From: a virus | Lineage: Duplodnaviria; Caudoviricetes | Strand: one strand, 5' to 3' | DNA: 64,000 bases | IMG/VR virus record: IMGVR_UViG_3300031555_003590 | Coordinates: 128,001-192,000 of that record | In this document: piece by piece, positions 1 through 10,421 of the stretch | Numbering within the stretch: position 1 is the first letter of the stretch | How the letters are laid out: each line of letters starts with the position of its first letter | The notes under the pieces: model-generated | Databases searched by the model: none | What the model was told of the DNA's origin: nothing | What the model saw: only the letters and a program-made list of their open reading frames with translations | Made by a program: the position numbers and the translations under genes

Positions 1-346
1 CAGCATCTCCACCAAGTTTAACAGACCAAAATTGCATCTGATTTACATATGCAAGCATGGTATCACAAGCTGCATTATATTCATCTCTTTTTACAGGTTT
101 AATTGGAAAGCTCTCTCCACAAATAGTACATCTCCAATTGCCAGGATTATCAGGATCTTGAATAACTGTAGGAACTTCTTTACCTTTACGAATAATCCAA
201 TGTACACAAGTCTTCTTAACTTGTTTAATCTTCTTCTTATTCTTAGATTTAAACTTATAACGATCGCCTTTCTTTTTAACTAGATCGGCAATTCCTTCCA
301 TAAGACGACGAGTTTCTTTTTCTACTTTTTTAGACTTTTTAGCCAT
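1..346 (-). CDS. Hypothetical basic protein with C-x-H...CxxC zinc-binding motif (3' end outside window)
   Basis: Not in ORF track. ATG at 346 preceded by GGAGG; reads MAKKSKKVEKETRRL...TCVHW...WRCTICGESF... open to the window edge. Confidence 0.8.
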   Translation of the reverse strand, partial: MAKKSKKVEKETRRLMEGIADLVKKKGDRYKFKSKNKKKIKQVKKTCVHWIIRKGKEVPTVIQDPDNPGNWRCTICGESFPIKPVKRDEYNAACDTMLAYVNQMQFWSVKLGGDA

Positions 347-383
347 AATTAATTTCCTCCTATAATATTATTCAAATTAATTG

Positions 384-1391
384 TTAAGAAAGATAAAGTT
401 CATTAGTGGAATTATCTGCAATTAGTTCTTGAACTACTGCTTTGATATTTCCATATGCAGAATTACTATTTGCATGATCAATAAATTTGATTACACGCTT
501 AGTATCATTCTTATATTCTTCTGCTGTCTTTCTTCTTTTAATGTACTGCTTAAGAATATCCTTAAGTCTACGACTCTTAAGATTATCAAGATAAATAAGA
601 GTCTTTTCAATTAAACTATCATGAAGATCTTTCTGATTATCTGTAAATGAATGATTTTTATTAGTAGAACGCTGAAGAATAAATTCACTAAAGAATCCTT
701 CAAGGAAATCTTTCTTACTAATTTCCTTATCTTTATCAATACTAATAACAGCTTTTAGAATTGTATCAACATCAATATCAGATACGACAGCCATATCATA
801 CATGCACTGAATTAATCTCTTATACCATTTTCGATTATTCTTAAATAATTTAGCTGTAGGGACAGCAACTGCAAGTTGAAATGCAACTTCATCATCCAAT
901 CCCATCTTTTTATAGCGTTTAATCTTTTTCTTAAGAATCTTTTCACAGAATACTGCTAATTCTTCTTTATTAAGAGATTCTGCGATTTCTTTTTCTTCTT
1001 CAGAAATTGCATCACTAGAATAATATGCAATTGTATTCATGATCATATTGGGGAGAAAGATCATGTTAGTATATTGATCAGGATTCTTATCATATAATTT
1101 AGCAACGCGTTTCATAACATCTGAATTAGAAATAATGTTATCTACGCCTTCTTTAACTTTATTAATCTTTTTACCTTCAGGATTCTCAGCAAGAATCTTA
1201 ACAGCTTTATTTAAACCTTCAAGAGCAGCTTCGGAATAAGCTTTTTCTAAACGCTTCTTATTATGTTTGCGTTCACTCTTACTCATTCCCTTTCCCTTAA
1301 TGCGAATATTATTTTTCTTTGCAAATTTTTTTGGACTCATTCGCAAATCTAATACCGATTTTGGTACCTTTAGTTTCTTTTCTTTTGACAT
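384..1391 (-). CDS. Hypothetical protein, 335 aa, Lys-rich N-terminus
   Basis: Long ORF with AGGAGG RBS; no recognisable motif. Confidence 0.8.
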   Translation of the reverse strand: MSKEKKLKVPKSVLDLRMSPKKFAKKNNIRIKGKGMSKSERKHNKKRLEKAYSEAALEGLNKAVKILAENPEGKKINKVKEGVDNIISNSDVMKRVAKLYDKNPDQYTNMIFLPNMIMNTIAYYSSDAISEEEKEIAESLNKEELAVFCEKILKKKIKRYKKMGLDDEVAFQLAVAVPTAKLFKNNRKWYKRLIQCMYDMAVVSDIDVDTILKAVISIDKDKEISKKDFLEGFFSEFILQRSTNKNHSFTDNQKDLHDSLIEKTLIYLDNLKSRRLKDILKQYIKRRKTAEEYKNDTKRVIKFIDHANSNSAYGNIKAVVQELIADNSTNELYLS

Positions 1392-1458
1392 AATAATTTA
1401 CCTCCTAACAAGAATCATTGTGAATTAACACTCAAGTAGAGAATATATCATTTTATTA

Positions 1459-2016
1459 TTATCTATAATTTTCTTTTAAAATTATTTTACTATTAATAAA
1501 TCCTCCAAACATGTTAATTTTATTTGCATTATAAAACCTAGATTTGGTTATAATAATATAACCACAATTTGAAATAGTATCTGTATCATAAATATTAGGT
1601 TTTATAAATTCATTTTCATTATCACGTAAACGAATTCGATGATATTCTTTAATATCATCATAAAATAAATCATATTTATGTTTTATTTCTCCATGGAATC
1701 CTCTTATTGTATCATTTTCATAATATAACGGAATATCAGATGGTACATCAGATACAAGTATATTATTTTTTTCAGCATTAACAAGATACCATGAAATATT
1801 TTTATTAATGTCAATAACTTTTGTAATTGATATTACATCAGTCCATCCAAATAAATCAGTAATTTTAATATGTCCTTCATCAAAATATATACTTGTAACA
1901 TTTTTTACAGTTATTGATTTATGATAATATTTTTGATATAAATCATTTACAGTTGTATACCCAGGTTCACCTGTTAAATAATCTAAATATTGTATATGGG
2001 TATTTGGATGAATCAT
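1459..2016 (-). CDS. Stand-alone degenerate Hint (intein-like) domain protein
   Basis: Own RBS (AAAGGAG). N-terminus IHPNTHI..D...G..TVNDLY resembles intein block A; GWTDV; C-terminal YIIITKSRFYNANKI resembles blocks F/G. Lacks Cys1, TxxH and terminal His-Asn. Confidence 0.5.
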   Translation of the reverse strand: MIHPNTHIQYLDYLTGEPGYTTVNDLYQKYYHKSITVKNVTSIYFDEGHIKITDLFGWTDVISITKVIDINKNISWYLVNAEKNNILVSDVPSDIPLYYENDTIRGFHGEIKHKYDLFYDDIKEYHRIRLRDNENEFIKPNIYDTDTISNCGYIIITKSRFYNANKINMFGGFINSKIILKENYR

Positions 2017-2043
2017 TTTATTCTCCTTTCAAATAATATTTTT

Positions 2044-2071
2044 TATTAGGGGAGAATATTCTCCCCTAATA
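2044..2071. terminator. Palindromic intrinsic terminator-like hairpin after ligase
   Basis: Perfect palindrome TATTAGGGGAGAATATTCTCCCCTAATA next to a T-run. Confidence 0.7.
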
Positions 2072-4207
2072 TCATTTTAATGTTTTGATGTGTCTACGTA
2101 ACACATCAATTGGATCATTACCATTAAGAGCGATTATTGGAATATTATTAGCTTTAGCCTTTTCTACTTTATTAGATGTAAAATCATCTGTAGGTATTAC
2201 TAAATATTTAGCTTTATTACTCCAACTGTCAGAAGCTTCCCAACCATTAGTAGATAATAATAATTCAACATCTGAATTAGGTCTGCATCCACTAAATATA
2301 ATTTTTCCATTAGATGTATTATTATTTCCAAATGATTGACTTAATGTTACTTCTTCCATAAGTTTTAATAATTCAATTCTGAATTTAGTATCCTTTAATT
2401 GATTTACTAACGCTTCAGCTTTTAAATCTCCAATACCAGGAACTCTAACTAATTTAGCCATTAATAAATCAAAGTTCTTTAGATTAATCATATCTACAAA
2501 CTCAGATAGTTTAATATGACTAAATATAGTTTGGAATGTTTTAATACTTAATCCTTCAATACCAACTGATCCAAAGAATTCATAATCTTTTAATCTACGT
2601 TTAGCTTCAATTTCAGCAATCATCTTTTTGGTTTTTAATTTACCAAATCCTTCGATATCTTGAATATCTAAACTCTTCTTTCTTAGTTTATATAAACTCC
2701 TAATACCTTTATCTAATAAACCTTCTTTCCATAATGCCTCTAGAGTATTATATCCAATATTTTGAATTCTAAGATTTTTACAATAATTCAAAATTTTACC
2801 AATAATTCTACTAGGACAATTTGGATTAATACATTGGACAATATTGGTATTTAAATTCAATTCTTCATTACATGTAGGACATTTAGTAGTAAATGGTATC
2901 TTTCTACCATTCTGTACTCTATAACAATTTTCATCAATTGTTACATATGGGATGATATCATATAATACTTTTACTTCATCACCATAAGATAGATCTAATT
3001 CATCAAATCTTTCTTTATTAGATAATGAAATATGATTTACTGTATTACCTTTTAAAATTACATCATTAACTACTAATACAGGTGTAATAATTCCAAACTC
3101 ACTTACATAGAACTCAACTCCCTTTACTTTAGTATATGCACTTTCTTCAGTAAATTTATATGCAACTTCAAAATTATTAATATCATTATCTCTACCTAAT
3201 GCTTTTTGAATCTTTGGATTTAGAATAGTAATAACAACGCCATCAGTTCTAAATCGTTTATGATTTCTAGTTACATATTTATTTTTAATAGAAAATTCTT
3301 TAATAATATCTCTATCATCTAAAGTACAAATTTGAGTTGGAAATTTTTCAATTAATTCTGGATGAATTTGTTCAATATCTTCTCCATCTCTAATAATTCT
3401 TAATGGTACTGGATATAAATAATCAACTTTGAAATCAGGTTCATTAGAATTCAATATTGAAGTAACTACTTGTCTGCTATTTTTATATGATTTATGTCGA
3501 TAAAGTTCATTAATATGATCTTTATCTTCTTCAGTAATCATTGCTTCAAATTTAATTCCAACACCTTTTTCTCTACCATAAATATCATTAAAGATATTCA
3601 TAATATGAGATACATCAGATGCTTTATTATTACGAGTATCTCCTCGTGTTAACCATAAAGGTTTTCCATCCGTATACTCCATAATAACACTTGAACCATC
3701 CATCTTTGGAGTTAACATAATTTTTTCTTTATTTAGATCAATTCTTTCACCAGTAGCTTGAAAATATTTATTTTCAGTAGATTTAATCCATTCATCTAAA
3801 TGTTTTCTACTTTTATTAGTTTTCTTTTCTCCTGGCTTTAAATAATATACTTTATCTAAAGTACCTCTAAGAGTACGATAGGTATGTTCTACTTTATTAG
3901 CAGAATTGATTTCTACTGATCCAGTTAATCTAGGAATACCCATATCAATTAACATTTCTTGTAAAGTATCATAATTGGAATCACTAATAGGAGAACCCAT
4001 TCCAGAAGTATATAAAATTTGTAATACTCCTACTATAGCTTGTAATTCAGCTAACTGATTATCTTTTAATGGATCTTTAGTAATATTATCTAAATGCACA
4101 TAATAATTTATTCGTTTCATTTTATCTTTTTGACAAACTTCATCATATGCATCTTTGATATTCATTCTATCAAATGTTAAATGATTTAACATTTTTTCAA
4201 ATGTCAT
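2072..4207 (-). CDS. ligA: NAD-dependent DNA ligase
   Basis: Domain Ia Y..G.P.ISD..YD, motif I PKMDG, TRGD, TDGVVI, AYKF, Zn finger CPTC...C...C, HhH GFGK/GIGD, C-terminal BRCT. Start placed at ATG 4207 behind AAGAGGTG rather than at 4276. Confidence 0.95.
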   Translation of the reverse strand: MTFEKMLNHLTFDRMNIKDAYDEVCQKDKMKRINYYVHLDNITKDPLKDNQLAELQAIVGVLQILYTSGMGSPISDSNYDTLQEMLIDMGIPRLTGSVEINSANKVEHTYRTLRGTLDKVYYLKPGEKKTNKSRKHLDEWIKSTENKYFQATGERIDLNKEKIMLTPKMDGSSVIMEYTDGKPLWLTRGDTRNNKASDVSHIMNIFNDIYGREKGVGIKFEAMITEEDKDHINELYRHKSYKNSRQVVTSILNSNEPDFKVDYLYPVPLRIIRDGEDIEQIHPELIEKFPTQICTLDDRDIIKEFSIKNKYVTRNHKRFRTDGVVITILNPKIQKALGRDNDINNFEVAYKFTEESAYTKVKGVEFYVSEFGIITPVLVVNDVILKGNTVNHISLSNKERFDELDLSYGDEVKVLYDIIPYVTIDENCYRVQNGRKIPFTTKCPTCNEELNLNTNIVQCINPNCPSRIIGKILNYCKNLRIQNIGYNTLEALWKEGLLDKGIRSLYKLRKKSLDIQDIEGFGKLKTKKMIAEIEAKRRLKDYEFFGSVGIEGLSIKTFQTIFSHIKLSEFVDMINLKNFDLLMAKLVRVPGIGDLKAEALVNQLKDTKFRIELLKLMEEVTLSQSFGNNNTSNGKIIFSGCRPNSDVELLLSTNGWEASDSWSNKAKYLVIPTDDFTSNKVEKAKANNIPIIALNGNDPIDVLRRHIKTLK

Positions 4208-4235
4208 TAATATTTCACCTCTTTTTAAATAAATA

Positions 4236-4270
4236 ATTATTAGGGTAGGTATAATACCTACCCTAATAAT
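4236..4270. terminator. Hairpin between topoisomerase and ligase genes
   Basis: ATTATTAGGGTAGGTAT-A-ATACCTACCCTAATAAT inverted repeat. Confidence 0.65.
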
Positions 4271-4276
4271 ATACAC

Positions 4277-6625
4277 TTATACTATTTTAACTTTTACTAC
4301 TTTACTACTTATTACATTTTTCTTGACAACTTTCTCTGGTAAACTACTCATAGTGGATTCAGATAATTTTTCAATTTCAAGAATCTCACTAATTCCATCA
4401 TCAAAATAAATCATAATCTTATCAAATTTATTTACACCTATTACACTAACAAGTTTGTCACGATCATTTAATGATATTAGTCTAACCATAGAATCATGTT
4501 TAGAATCCCTAATTGGTAAATATTCTAAAGAATTTAGTCTAGTTTTAGCTTTAGCAGTGACATAAAGTAAATATTGATTCTCTTCTGGATTTATGGTATA
4601 ACATCCAATTATTTCATCATCAGGTTGTAATTTGAAACCATTGCCACCTTTTGCATTTGGAGAAGTAATTCTAATTACATTAGGATCGATTCTTTGACCA
4701 TATCCATCTTTAGTAAATACTAAAATATCTTTAGAAGATTTACTTCTAGTAATTAGACCTCTAACTAATTTATCATTCTTATCTAAAGCAATACAAGGTT
4801 TCTTAGATGGTCCCATATCGGAAATTCTAATTTTCTTCAACATACCATTCTTAGAAATTAAAGTACAACACAAATCTGAATCAATATCAACAGGAAGCAT
4901 TGCAACTATATTTCCATCTAATTTATGTTTCATAAATCTATTAATAGGTACTTCTGAATCAATAGGAATTTCTTTTACTTTAATATATGAATGATATCCA
5001 TTTTCATCAATAATTACAAATGAAGAATCATTATCTACTTTAACCGCAAATCCATTACTATCAATTGGAATCGGTTCTTCTTCAACATTAGTACACTCTT
5101 TACGAAGAATATTACCATCAGAAGATAATTGTAGAATACAAGCACCTTCTGCTTCAGAATGAACTGAAATTTTATATGGAATTACATTAGATTTACGAGG
5201 TGTACCAAATCGTTTAATACCATCTCTAAGTTCAGCAATAATCAATTTATCAATACCATTTTCTTCATCTAATGTTTTCTTAACTTCAGCTAATTCTTTT
5301 TCTAATTCTTCTTTACGTTTTAAGCATGCTTCATAAGAATCAATACTTAATTCATGCATTCTTAAATTAGATAATACTTTAGCTTGTAATGAATCCATTC
5401 TAATTTCACTATCATGATATTTAGCAATTAGATTCTTTTCAATCTCAGTTCTATTTCTACTAGTACGGAAAATTTTAATTGTTTCTTCAAGATTATTTTT
5501 ATTCATCAAGAAAATTTTAACATCATTTGTACGTTGTTCAGCAAGTAGAGTAGTTCTTTTATGAGATATAACTGTTCTCTTTTGTTCACGTCGATAATCA
5601 ATCCATGCTAATAGTAATTGTTTAATTGAATAATCAAAATTTTGATAATCATTTACTACAGTAATATTTACTGGATATGATTTTTCTAATCCTCCAACTT
5701 CTTTAATTAATTTCTTCATAAATTTGTATGGATTTACATCATCACGAATTACTAATCTTAAATCAACATTAGCACCAGTCATATCATTCATATTAACAAG
5801 TTCTGATAATCCGCCACGTTCTTTAATATCAGCAATGCGTTCTCTTATTACATTTACTGGAACTTGATATGGTAAGCTAGTAATAATAATTTGATTATTT
5901 TTATCATCGATTTCATAAGTACATCTCATAGAATATACTCCATTACCTCTATCACATAACTTACCAAAATCATTTTCAATAATATCGGCACCAGTAGGAC
6001 TATCAGGAATTAATATAATATTAGCATTTGGATCTACCATTAACATGATAACAGCTTCAACTACTTCTCTAAAATTATAGCATGGAATATTTGAACTGGC
6101 GCCATATCCTATACCAATACATCCATTAAGTAGTACATTAGGATATTTAGCAGGTAGATATAAAGGTTCCATAGTCTCTTCATCAAATGCCAATGTCATA
6201 TCTACAACTGAATCATTCCAGTCTTCAAAGAAACATGCTTGTGCATAATCAGATAATCTGGCTTTAATATATCTATCAGCACCTGCAGGATCTCCAGCAG
6301 GTCCACCAAAATTTCCACTTCCTTCAATTAAAGGTATTGAATTATTCCACCATTGAGTTACTCCAACTAATGCATCATAAACTGAACTTGGACCATGTGG
6401 ATGTACTCTACCAATAACTTCACCATCTATAGTTGCAACTTTTCTAAAAGTCTTTCCTTTATCTTTTAAATACATGATGTATAAAGTTCTACGTTGAACA
6501 GGTTTAAGACCATCTATAAAATCTGGTGTAATACGAGCTAAATTTACATTTGCTCCTCTTATGCAATCATATGATTTTGCTAATTCAGCTATATTTCTAT
6601 CTATAAATTTTTCATTAAATATCAT
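4277..6625 (-). CDS. gyrA: Type IIA topoisomerase subunit A (GyrA/ParC family)
   Basis: DGLKPVQRR, HPHG, GNFG, catalytic A-D-R-Y, P.VLLNG..GIG.G, PDSPTG, degenerate C-terminal pinwheel repeats. Confidence 0.92.
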   Translation of the reverse strand: MIFNEKFIDRNIAELAKSYDCIRGANVNLARITPDFIDGLKPVQRRTLYIMYLKDKGKTFRKVATIDGEVIGRVHPHGPSSVYDALVGVTQWWNNSIPLIEGSGNFGGPAGDPAGADRYIKARLSDYAQACFFEDWNDSVVDMTLAFDEETMEPLYLPAKYPNVLLNGCIGIGYGASSNIPCYNFREVVEAVIMLMVDPNANIILIPDSPTGADIIENDFGKLCDRGNGVYSMRCTYEIDDKNNQIIITSLPYQVPVNVIRERIADIKERGGLSELVNMNDMTGANVDLRLVIRDDVNPYKFMKKLIKEVGGLEKSYPVNITVVNDYQNFDYSIKQLLLAWIDYRREQKRTVISHKRTTLLAEQRTNDVKIFLMNKNNLEETIKIFRTSRNRTEIEKNLIAKYHDSEIRMDSLQAKVLSNLRMHELSIDSYEACLKRKEELEKELAEVKKTLDEENGIDKLIIAELRDGIKRFGTPRKSNVIPYKISVHSEAEGACILQLSSDGNILRKECTNVEEEPIPIDSNGFAVKVDNDSSFVIIDENGYHSYIKVKEIPIDSEVPINRFMKHKLDGNIVAMLPVDIDSDLCCTLISKNGMLKKIRISDMGPSKKPCIALDKNDKLVRGLITRSKSSKDILVFTKDGYGQRIDPNVIRITSPNAKGGNGFKLQPDDEIIGCYTINPEENQYLLYVTAKAKTRLNSLEYLPIRDSKHDSMVRLISLNDRDKLVSVIGVNKFDKIMIYFDDGISEILEIEKLSESTMSSLPEKVVKKNVISSKVVKVKIV

Positions 6626-6686
6626 TAATTATCTTCCTCCTTAATTTAAATAATTTTTATTACCTTTTGTTAATTACTTCATAATG

Positions 6687-6726
6687 ATAATATATAAATT
6701 CAATTTATGATTAAATTATATATTAT
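6687..6726. promoter_or_regulatory. Back-to-back TATATATTAT early-type promoter motifs
   Basis: AATTTATATATTAT on - (6687-6700) and AATTATATATTAT on + (6714-6726) between divergent genes; the motif recurs at least 10 times in intergenic regions. Confidence 0.6.
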
Positions 6727-6759
6727 TTTGCAAATATAATAAAAGGAGATGTTTATAAT

Positions 6760-7527
6760 ATGAGATCGACTGATCATAATATCAATAATCCATTAAAGAC
6801 AATAGATATTGATACGTTTAGAACTATTAATAGTTGGAATTCATTTAAATTTATAAGTATTACTCAAGAAGAATATGATCTAATGCAAATTCATGAACCT
6901 TATACATTATATCATATTAAAGATAGTAAAGATAATAGATATTACGTTGGAGATATGTTAATTGAAAATGAAATTAAAAAAGTTAAATACCTATTATCAA
7001 TCGATGATAATAAACTTTATACTATTTATATGAATCAAGTTGATACTTATAATAATTCAGAACTAATTCCAATTTGTTCATATGAAGATCCTCAAGTAGC
7101 AATAAATAAACTTTCTGAATTCAATAGAGTAGGATCTCATTTTGATAAACCGTTAATGATTTATAATATTTTGATCAATTATATTGAAAAAATTATTTCT
7201 ACTCATGAATTTATTATTGGTATACTAGATATATTTGGATATAAAGAAGATCCTAGATTGCAAGATGTAATTCAATTTATAGTTGGCCATAATGAACATA
7301 AATGGCAAAAAGAATTTTTACCATTTCTATCAAATGAAATTAGTAGAATGAGAGATTTATATCCTGATTCATTATATCCTTACTATTCAAATTTGTATGA
7401 TCTTATAGTTAAATATAATTTCTTTACTGATAAGAAATATAATGAAACTGATGTAAATTTAAGTAAAGAAATTGATGAAATAATTAAAATAATGAATGTA
7501 AATAAATTTAAATTTTCAGAATATTAG
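6760..7527 (+). CDS. Hypothetical protein
   Basis: ORF with AAGGAG RBS; N-terminal ITQEEYD...TLY motif. Confidence 0.8.
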   Translation: MRSTDHNINNPLKTIDIDTFRTINSWNSFKFISITQEEYDLMQIHEPYTLYHIKDSKDNRYYVGDMLIENEIKKVKYLLSIDDNKLYTIYMNQVDTYNNSELIPICSYEDPQVAINKLSEFNRVGSHFDKPLMIYNILINYIEKIISTHEFIIGILDIFGYKEDPRLQDVIQFIVGHNEHKWQKEFLPFLSNEISRMRDLYPDSLYPYYSNLYDLIVKYNFFTDKKYNETDVNLSKEIDEIIKIMNVNKFKFSEY

Positions 7528-7564
7528 TATAAATTATAAAAATAATTATATATTATATTAATAG

Positions 7565-7598
7565 GAATGAAGAGAAGGTTTAAACCTTCTCTTCATTC
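7565..7598. promoter_or_regulatory. Perfect 34-nt palindrome between promoter motif (7544-7556) and RBS
   Basis: GAATGAAGAGAAGGTTTAAACCTTCTCTTCATTC; either a terminator or a 5'-UTR hairpin. Confidence 0.55.
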
Positions 7599-7627
7599 AA
7601 TTTATTAATTTAAAAGGAGAATGTAAA

Positions 7628-8236
7628 ATGAGTAAATTTAATAAAAATGACAAGGTTAAAATTATTAAAGGTGCTAATGTTGGAATGGAGGCAACGATTT
7701 TTAAAGTAGAGAATTCTGATGATTTTCATACTAATGAAGATGTATATCGAATTAAATGTGAAGCATATCCGGATGGTATTATAATGACTGAAAGTAGTCT
7801 TGTTTTATTAAGTGAGAGTATGAATGATTCATATTCAGTATTTACTGAAGCTAAAAAAGATAAGAAAGGTGGGGATGAAGGTTCAGCAAAATCTTATGTA
7901 ACAGATATAATGCTTCATTTATTTAAATTAAAATTTTCAACTGATAAAGATTCTCATAAACATTGGAGAGATGAAATTGAAGAGTTTAGAATAAAATATA
8001 AAGAAGCTATTTATAATAAAAATATTGGTAAAAATAATACTAATATTGTCAATGCTATAAATAGAGAATTTGATACTAAATTATTCAAAAATTCCAAGGA
8101 TCAATATATAAAACTTGCTAATAAACCTGATGGAAAACATTTAATTCCTGGCTTAAAGCATTTACCTAAAGAATGTCCTTGGACACTAGAAGAGGTAATT
8201 TTTGGTAATATTAATAAAATTCTTGAATTAATTTAA
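7628..8236 (+). CDS. KOW/SH3-like N-terminal domain plus DUF29-like domain protein
   Basis: KFNKNDKVKIIKG...G (KOW-like); HLFKLKF...HWRDEI..FR...LPKECPWTLEEV matches the DUF29 pattern; VFTEA linker. Confidence 0.6.
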   Translation: MSKFNKNDKVKIIKGANVGMEATIFKVENSDDFHTNEDVYRIKCEAYPDGIIMTESSLVLLSESMNDSYSVFTEAKKDKKGGDEGSAKSYVTDIMLHLFKLKFSTDKDSHKHWRDEIEEFRIKYKEAIYNKNIGKNNTNIVNAINREFDTKLFKNSKDQYIKLANKPDGKHLIPGLKHLPKECPWTLEEVIFGNINKILELI

Positions 8237-8254
8237 ATTAATTAAGGAGCAATT

Positions 8255-9217
8255 ATGAATATTTCAGATATAATTAAAGAAGCTTTTATGTCTAAATCAA
8301 TGATTGATTATTTATGTAATAATATTGAAAACATTTCAAATGATCAATTAGTTGATATTATTAATGCATCAACATCTATTTCTCTTCAACGTAAATTAGA
8401 ATTACTTGAATGGCTTTCTCAGTTTAAAGATATTGATAATAATATTATATTAAGTATCAATGCTTCGTTGGATGCATTATATGATAAAAATACAAATATT
8501 ATCTTTATACTTGATACATATGTTTGGAATGATGAATTTAAAGATTCTATACTAGATAGCTCTATTCCATTTCTAAATTACGAAAAAGCTATTGAATATA
8601 TTAAAACGGATTGTAATGATGAAATGTATAAAGATATTCGATTTTGGTATATTCTTGAAAAATGGGAGCGGGATGACAATGGAAATTTAATTGATACATG
8701 GTCATATGTATTAATAAATGATAAAGTCATTTTCGCGTATAAACCACAAGATTCTCAATATATAAATATAGATCCTAATAAAATTGGTCTAAATCTATCA
8801 ATTCCATTTAATAGTGGTGATATCATTGAAGTATCAAGTATGCCATTTAATTCTAAGAAATATGCGTTAATAATTGATATTGGAGATAATGTTGATTGTT
8901 GTTCTGTTCAACATGTATATGTTGAAGATAATTTATTAAATATAAATGCTTTGAAACATGGCCATATATTTAATGAAGAATTATATGCATCATCTCCGTT
9001 ATTTAGTATTGAACGATATAATGGTGAATTAAATAAACATGATAAAGTTTTATTAATTATTAAAGATTATATTATCAATCATCCTGAAATAGATACATGT
9101 TCCGATTTATGGCAAGCTTTACATGATATCTCTAATAATATGATTGCATGTATTGATATTACAGAAGAACTTATCGATGAATATGTAAGAGAAGTTTTAT
9201 TGAAGAAGGATAAATGA
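8255..9217 (+). CDS. Hypothetical protein
   Basis: 320 aa ORF with AAGGAG RBS. Confidence 0.8.
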   Translation: MNISDIIKEAFMSKSMIDYLCNNIENISNDQLVDIINASTSISLQRKLELLEWLSQFKDIDNNIILSINASLDALYDKNTNIIFILDTYVWNDEFKDSILDSSIPFLNYEKAIEYIKTDCNDEMYKDIRFWYILEKWERDDNGNLIDTWSYVLINDKVIFAYKPQDSQYINIDPNKIGLNLSIPFNSGDIIEVSSMPFNSKKYALIIDIGDNVDCCSVQHVYVEDNLLNINALKHGHIFNEELYASSPLFSIERYNGELNKHDKVLLIIKDYIINHPEIDTCSDLWQALHDISNNMIACIDITEELIDEYVREVLLKKDK

Positions 9218-9230
9218 AGAATGTATGATG

Positions 9231-9250
9231 AGGTGGAGAATTCTCCACCT
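9231..9250. promoter_or_regulatory. Palindromic hairpin upstream of rtcB
   Basis: AGGTGGAGAATTCTCCACCT perfect palindrome. Confidence 0.55.
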
Positions 9251-9285
9251 GATCAATTTATTTATTTTAAAAGGAGAATTATAAA

Positions 9286-10410
9286 ATGATTACATTAGAT
9301 TGCAAATATAATCAAATTAAAGTATTTGCTGATGAAATTGAATTAGGTGCTGAAAATCAACTTAGAGCTATGTGTGAGCAACCTTTTATGAAAGGTAGTA
9401 AAATTAGAATTATGCCTGATGTGCATCCTGGTAAAGGATCTGTTGTTGGAACTACTATGACAATTAATGATTATGTAATTCCATATGTTACTGGGTCAGA
9501 TTCAAGTTGTGGATTACTAACAGTACAATTGAAGGAGAAAAGAATTAATCTTCCTGAACTTGATAGTTTCATTCGTCAAAATATTCCTCATGGTAGAGAT
9601 GTTCGAGATCGCCCTCATAGAAGTCATGGTAGAATTGATTTATCTGAATTAAAATGTTATAAGAAAATTGATACCAGAAGAGCTAAAGAAAGTTTAGGAA
9701 CATTAGGAGGGGGAAATCATTTTATTGAAATTGATAAAGATGATGAAGAAAATTTATATTTAGTAATTCATACTGGAAGTAGAAATATGGGTTTAAGAGT
9801 TTCGGATTTTTATCAAAATAAAGCATATAATTCTATTGGAGGTAAGAAACAAATTGAAATTCCATATGAATTAGCTCCACTAACTGGTCAAAATATGCAA
9901 GATTATTTAGCTGATATGGAATTTATGAATAGATTTGCTACTCTAAATAGAAGAATTATCAAAGAAGTAATTCTAGATGGTATGAAACTTCATGAAGTAG
10001 ATTCATTTGAAACTATTCATAACTATATCGATGTTGAAAATATGATTCTACGTAAAGGTGCAGTGTCAGCTAAAGCTGGTGAGAGATTAATTATTCCAAT
10101 GAATATGCACGATGGTAGTTTAATTTGTACTGGTCTTGGTAATGAAGATTGGAATTATTCTGCTCCTCATGGTGCTGGTCGTTTATATAGTAGAAAGGAA
10201 TCTGAAAATCATTTTACTCTATCAGAATTTAAGAAAGAAATGGAAGGAATCTTTACAACTTCAGTTACACAAGATACTTTAGATGAGTCTCCAATGGTAT
10301 ATAAACCAATGGAAAGTATTCTCAGAAATATTGATGAAACTGTAAAAGTTGAAAAGATTATTCGACCAATTTACAATTTTAAAGCTAGTGAACATGTTAA
10401 ACGTAAATAG
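9286..10410 (+). CDS. rtcB: RtcB-family RNA 3'-phosphate/5'-OH ligase
   Basis: MPDVHPG, D..CG, LGTLGGGNHFIE, HTGSR, HNY, RKGA, IPMNM, SAPHGAGR, DESP..YK. Confidence 0.95.
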   Translation: MITLDCKYNQIKVFADEIELGAENQLRAMCEQPFMKGSKIRIMPDVHPGKGSVVGTTMTINDYVIPYVTGSDSSCGLLTVQLKEKRINLPELDSFIRQNIPHGRDVRDRPHRSHGRIDLSELKCYKKIDTRRAKESLGTLGGGNHFIEIDKDDEENLYLVIHTGSRNMGLRVSDFYQNKAYNSIGGKKQIEIPYELAPLTGQNMQDYLADMEFMNRFATLNRRIIKEVILDGMKLHEVDSFETIHNYIDVENMILRKGAVSAKAGERLIIPMNMHDGSLICTGLGNEDWNYSAPHGAGRLYSRKESENHFTLSEFKKEMEGIFTTSVTQDTLDESPMVYKPMESILRNIDETVKVEKIIRPIYNFKASEHVKRK

Positions 10411-10421
10411 GAGAAAGGAAA

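Noticed and set aside
4208-4276. N-terminal extensions in the ORF track for ligA (also 32287, 32303, 52574, 54817, 30505)
   Set aside because: Better SD-ATG pairs lie downstream; the ligA extension runs through a hairpin
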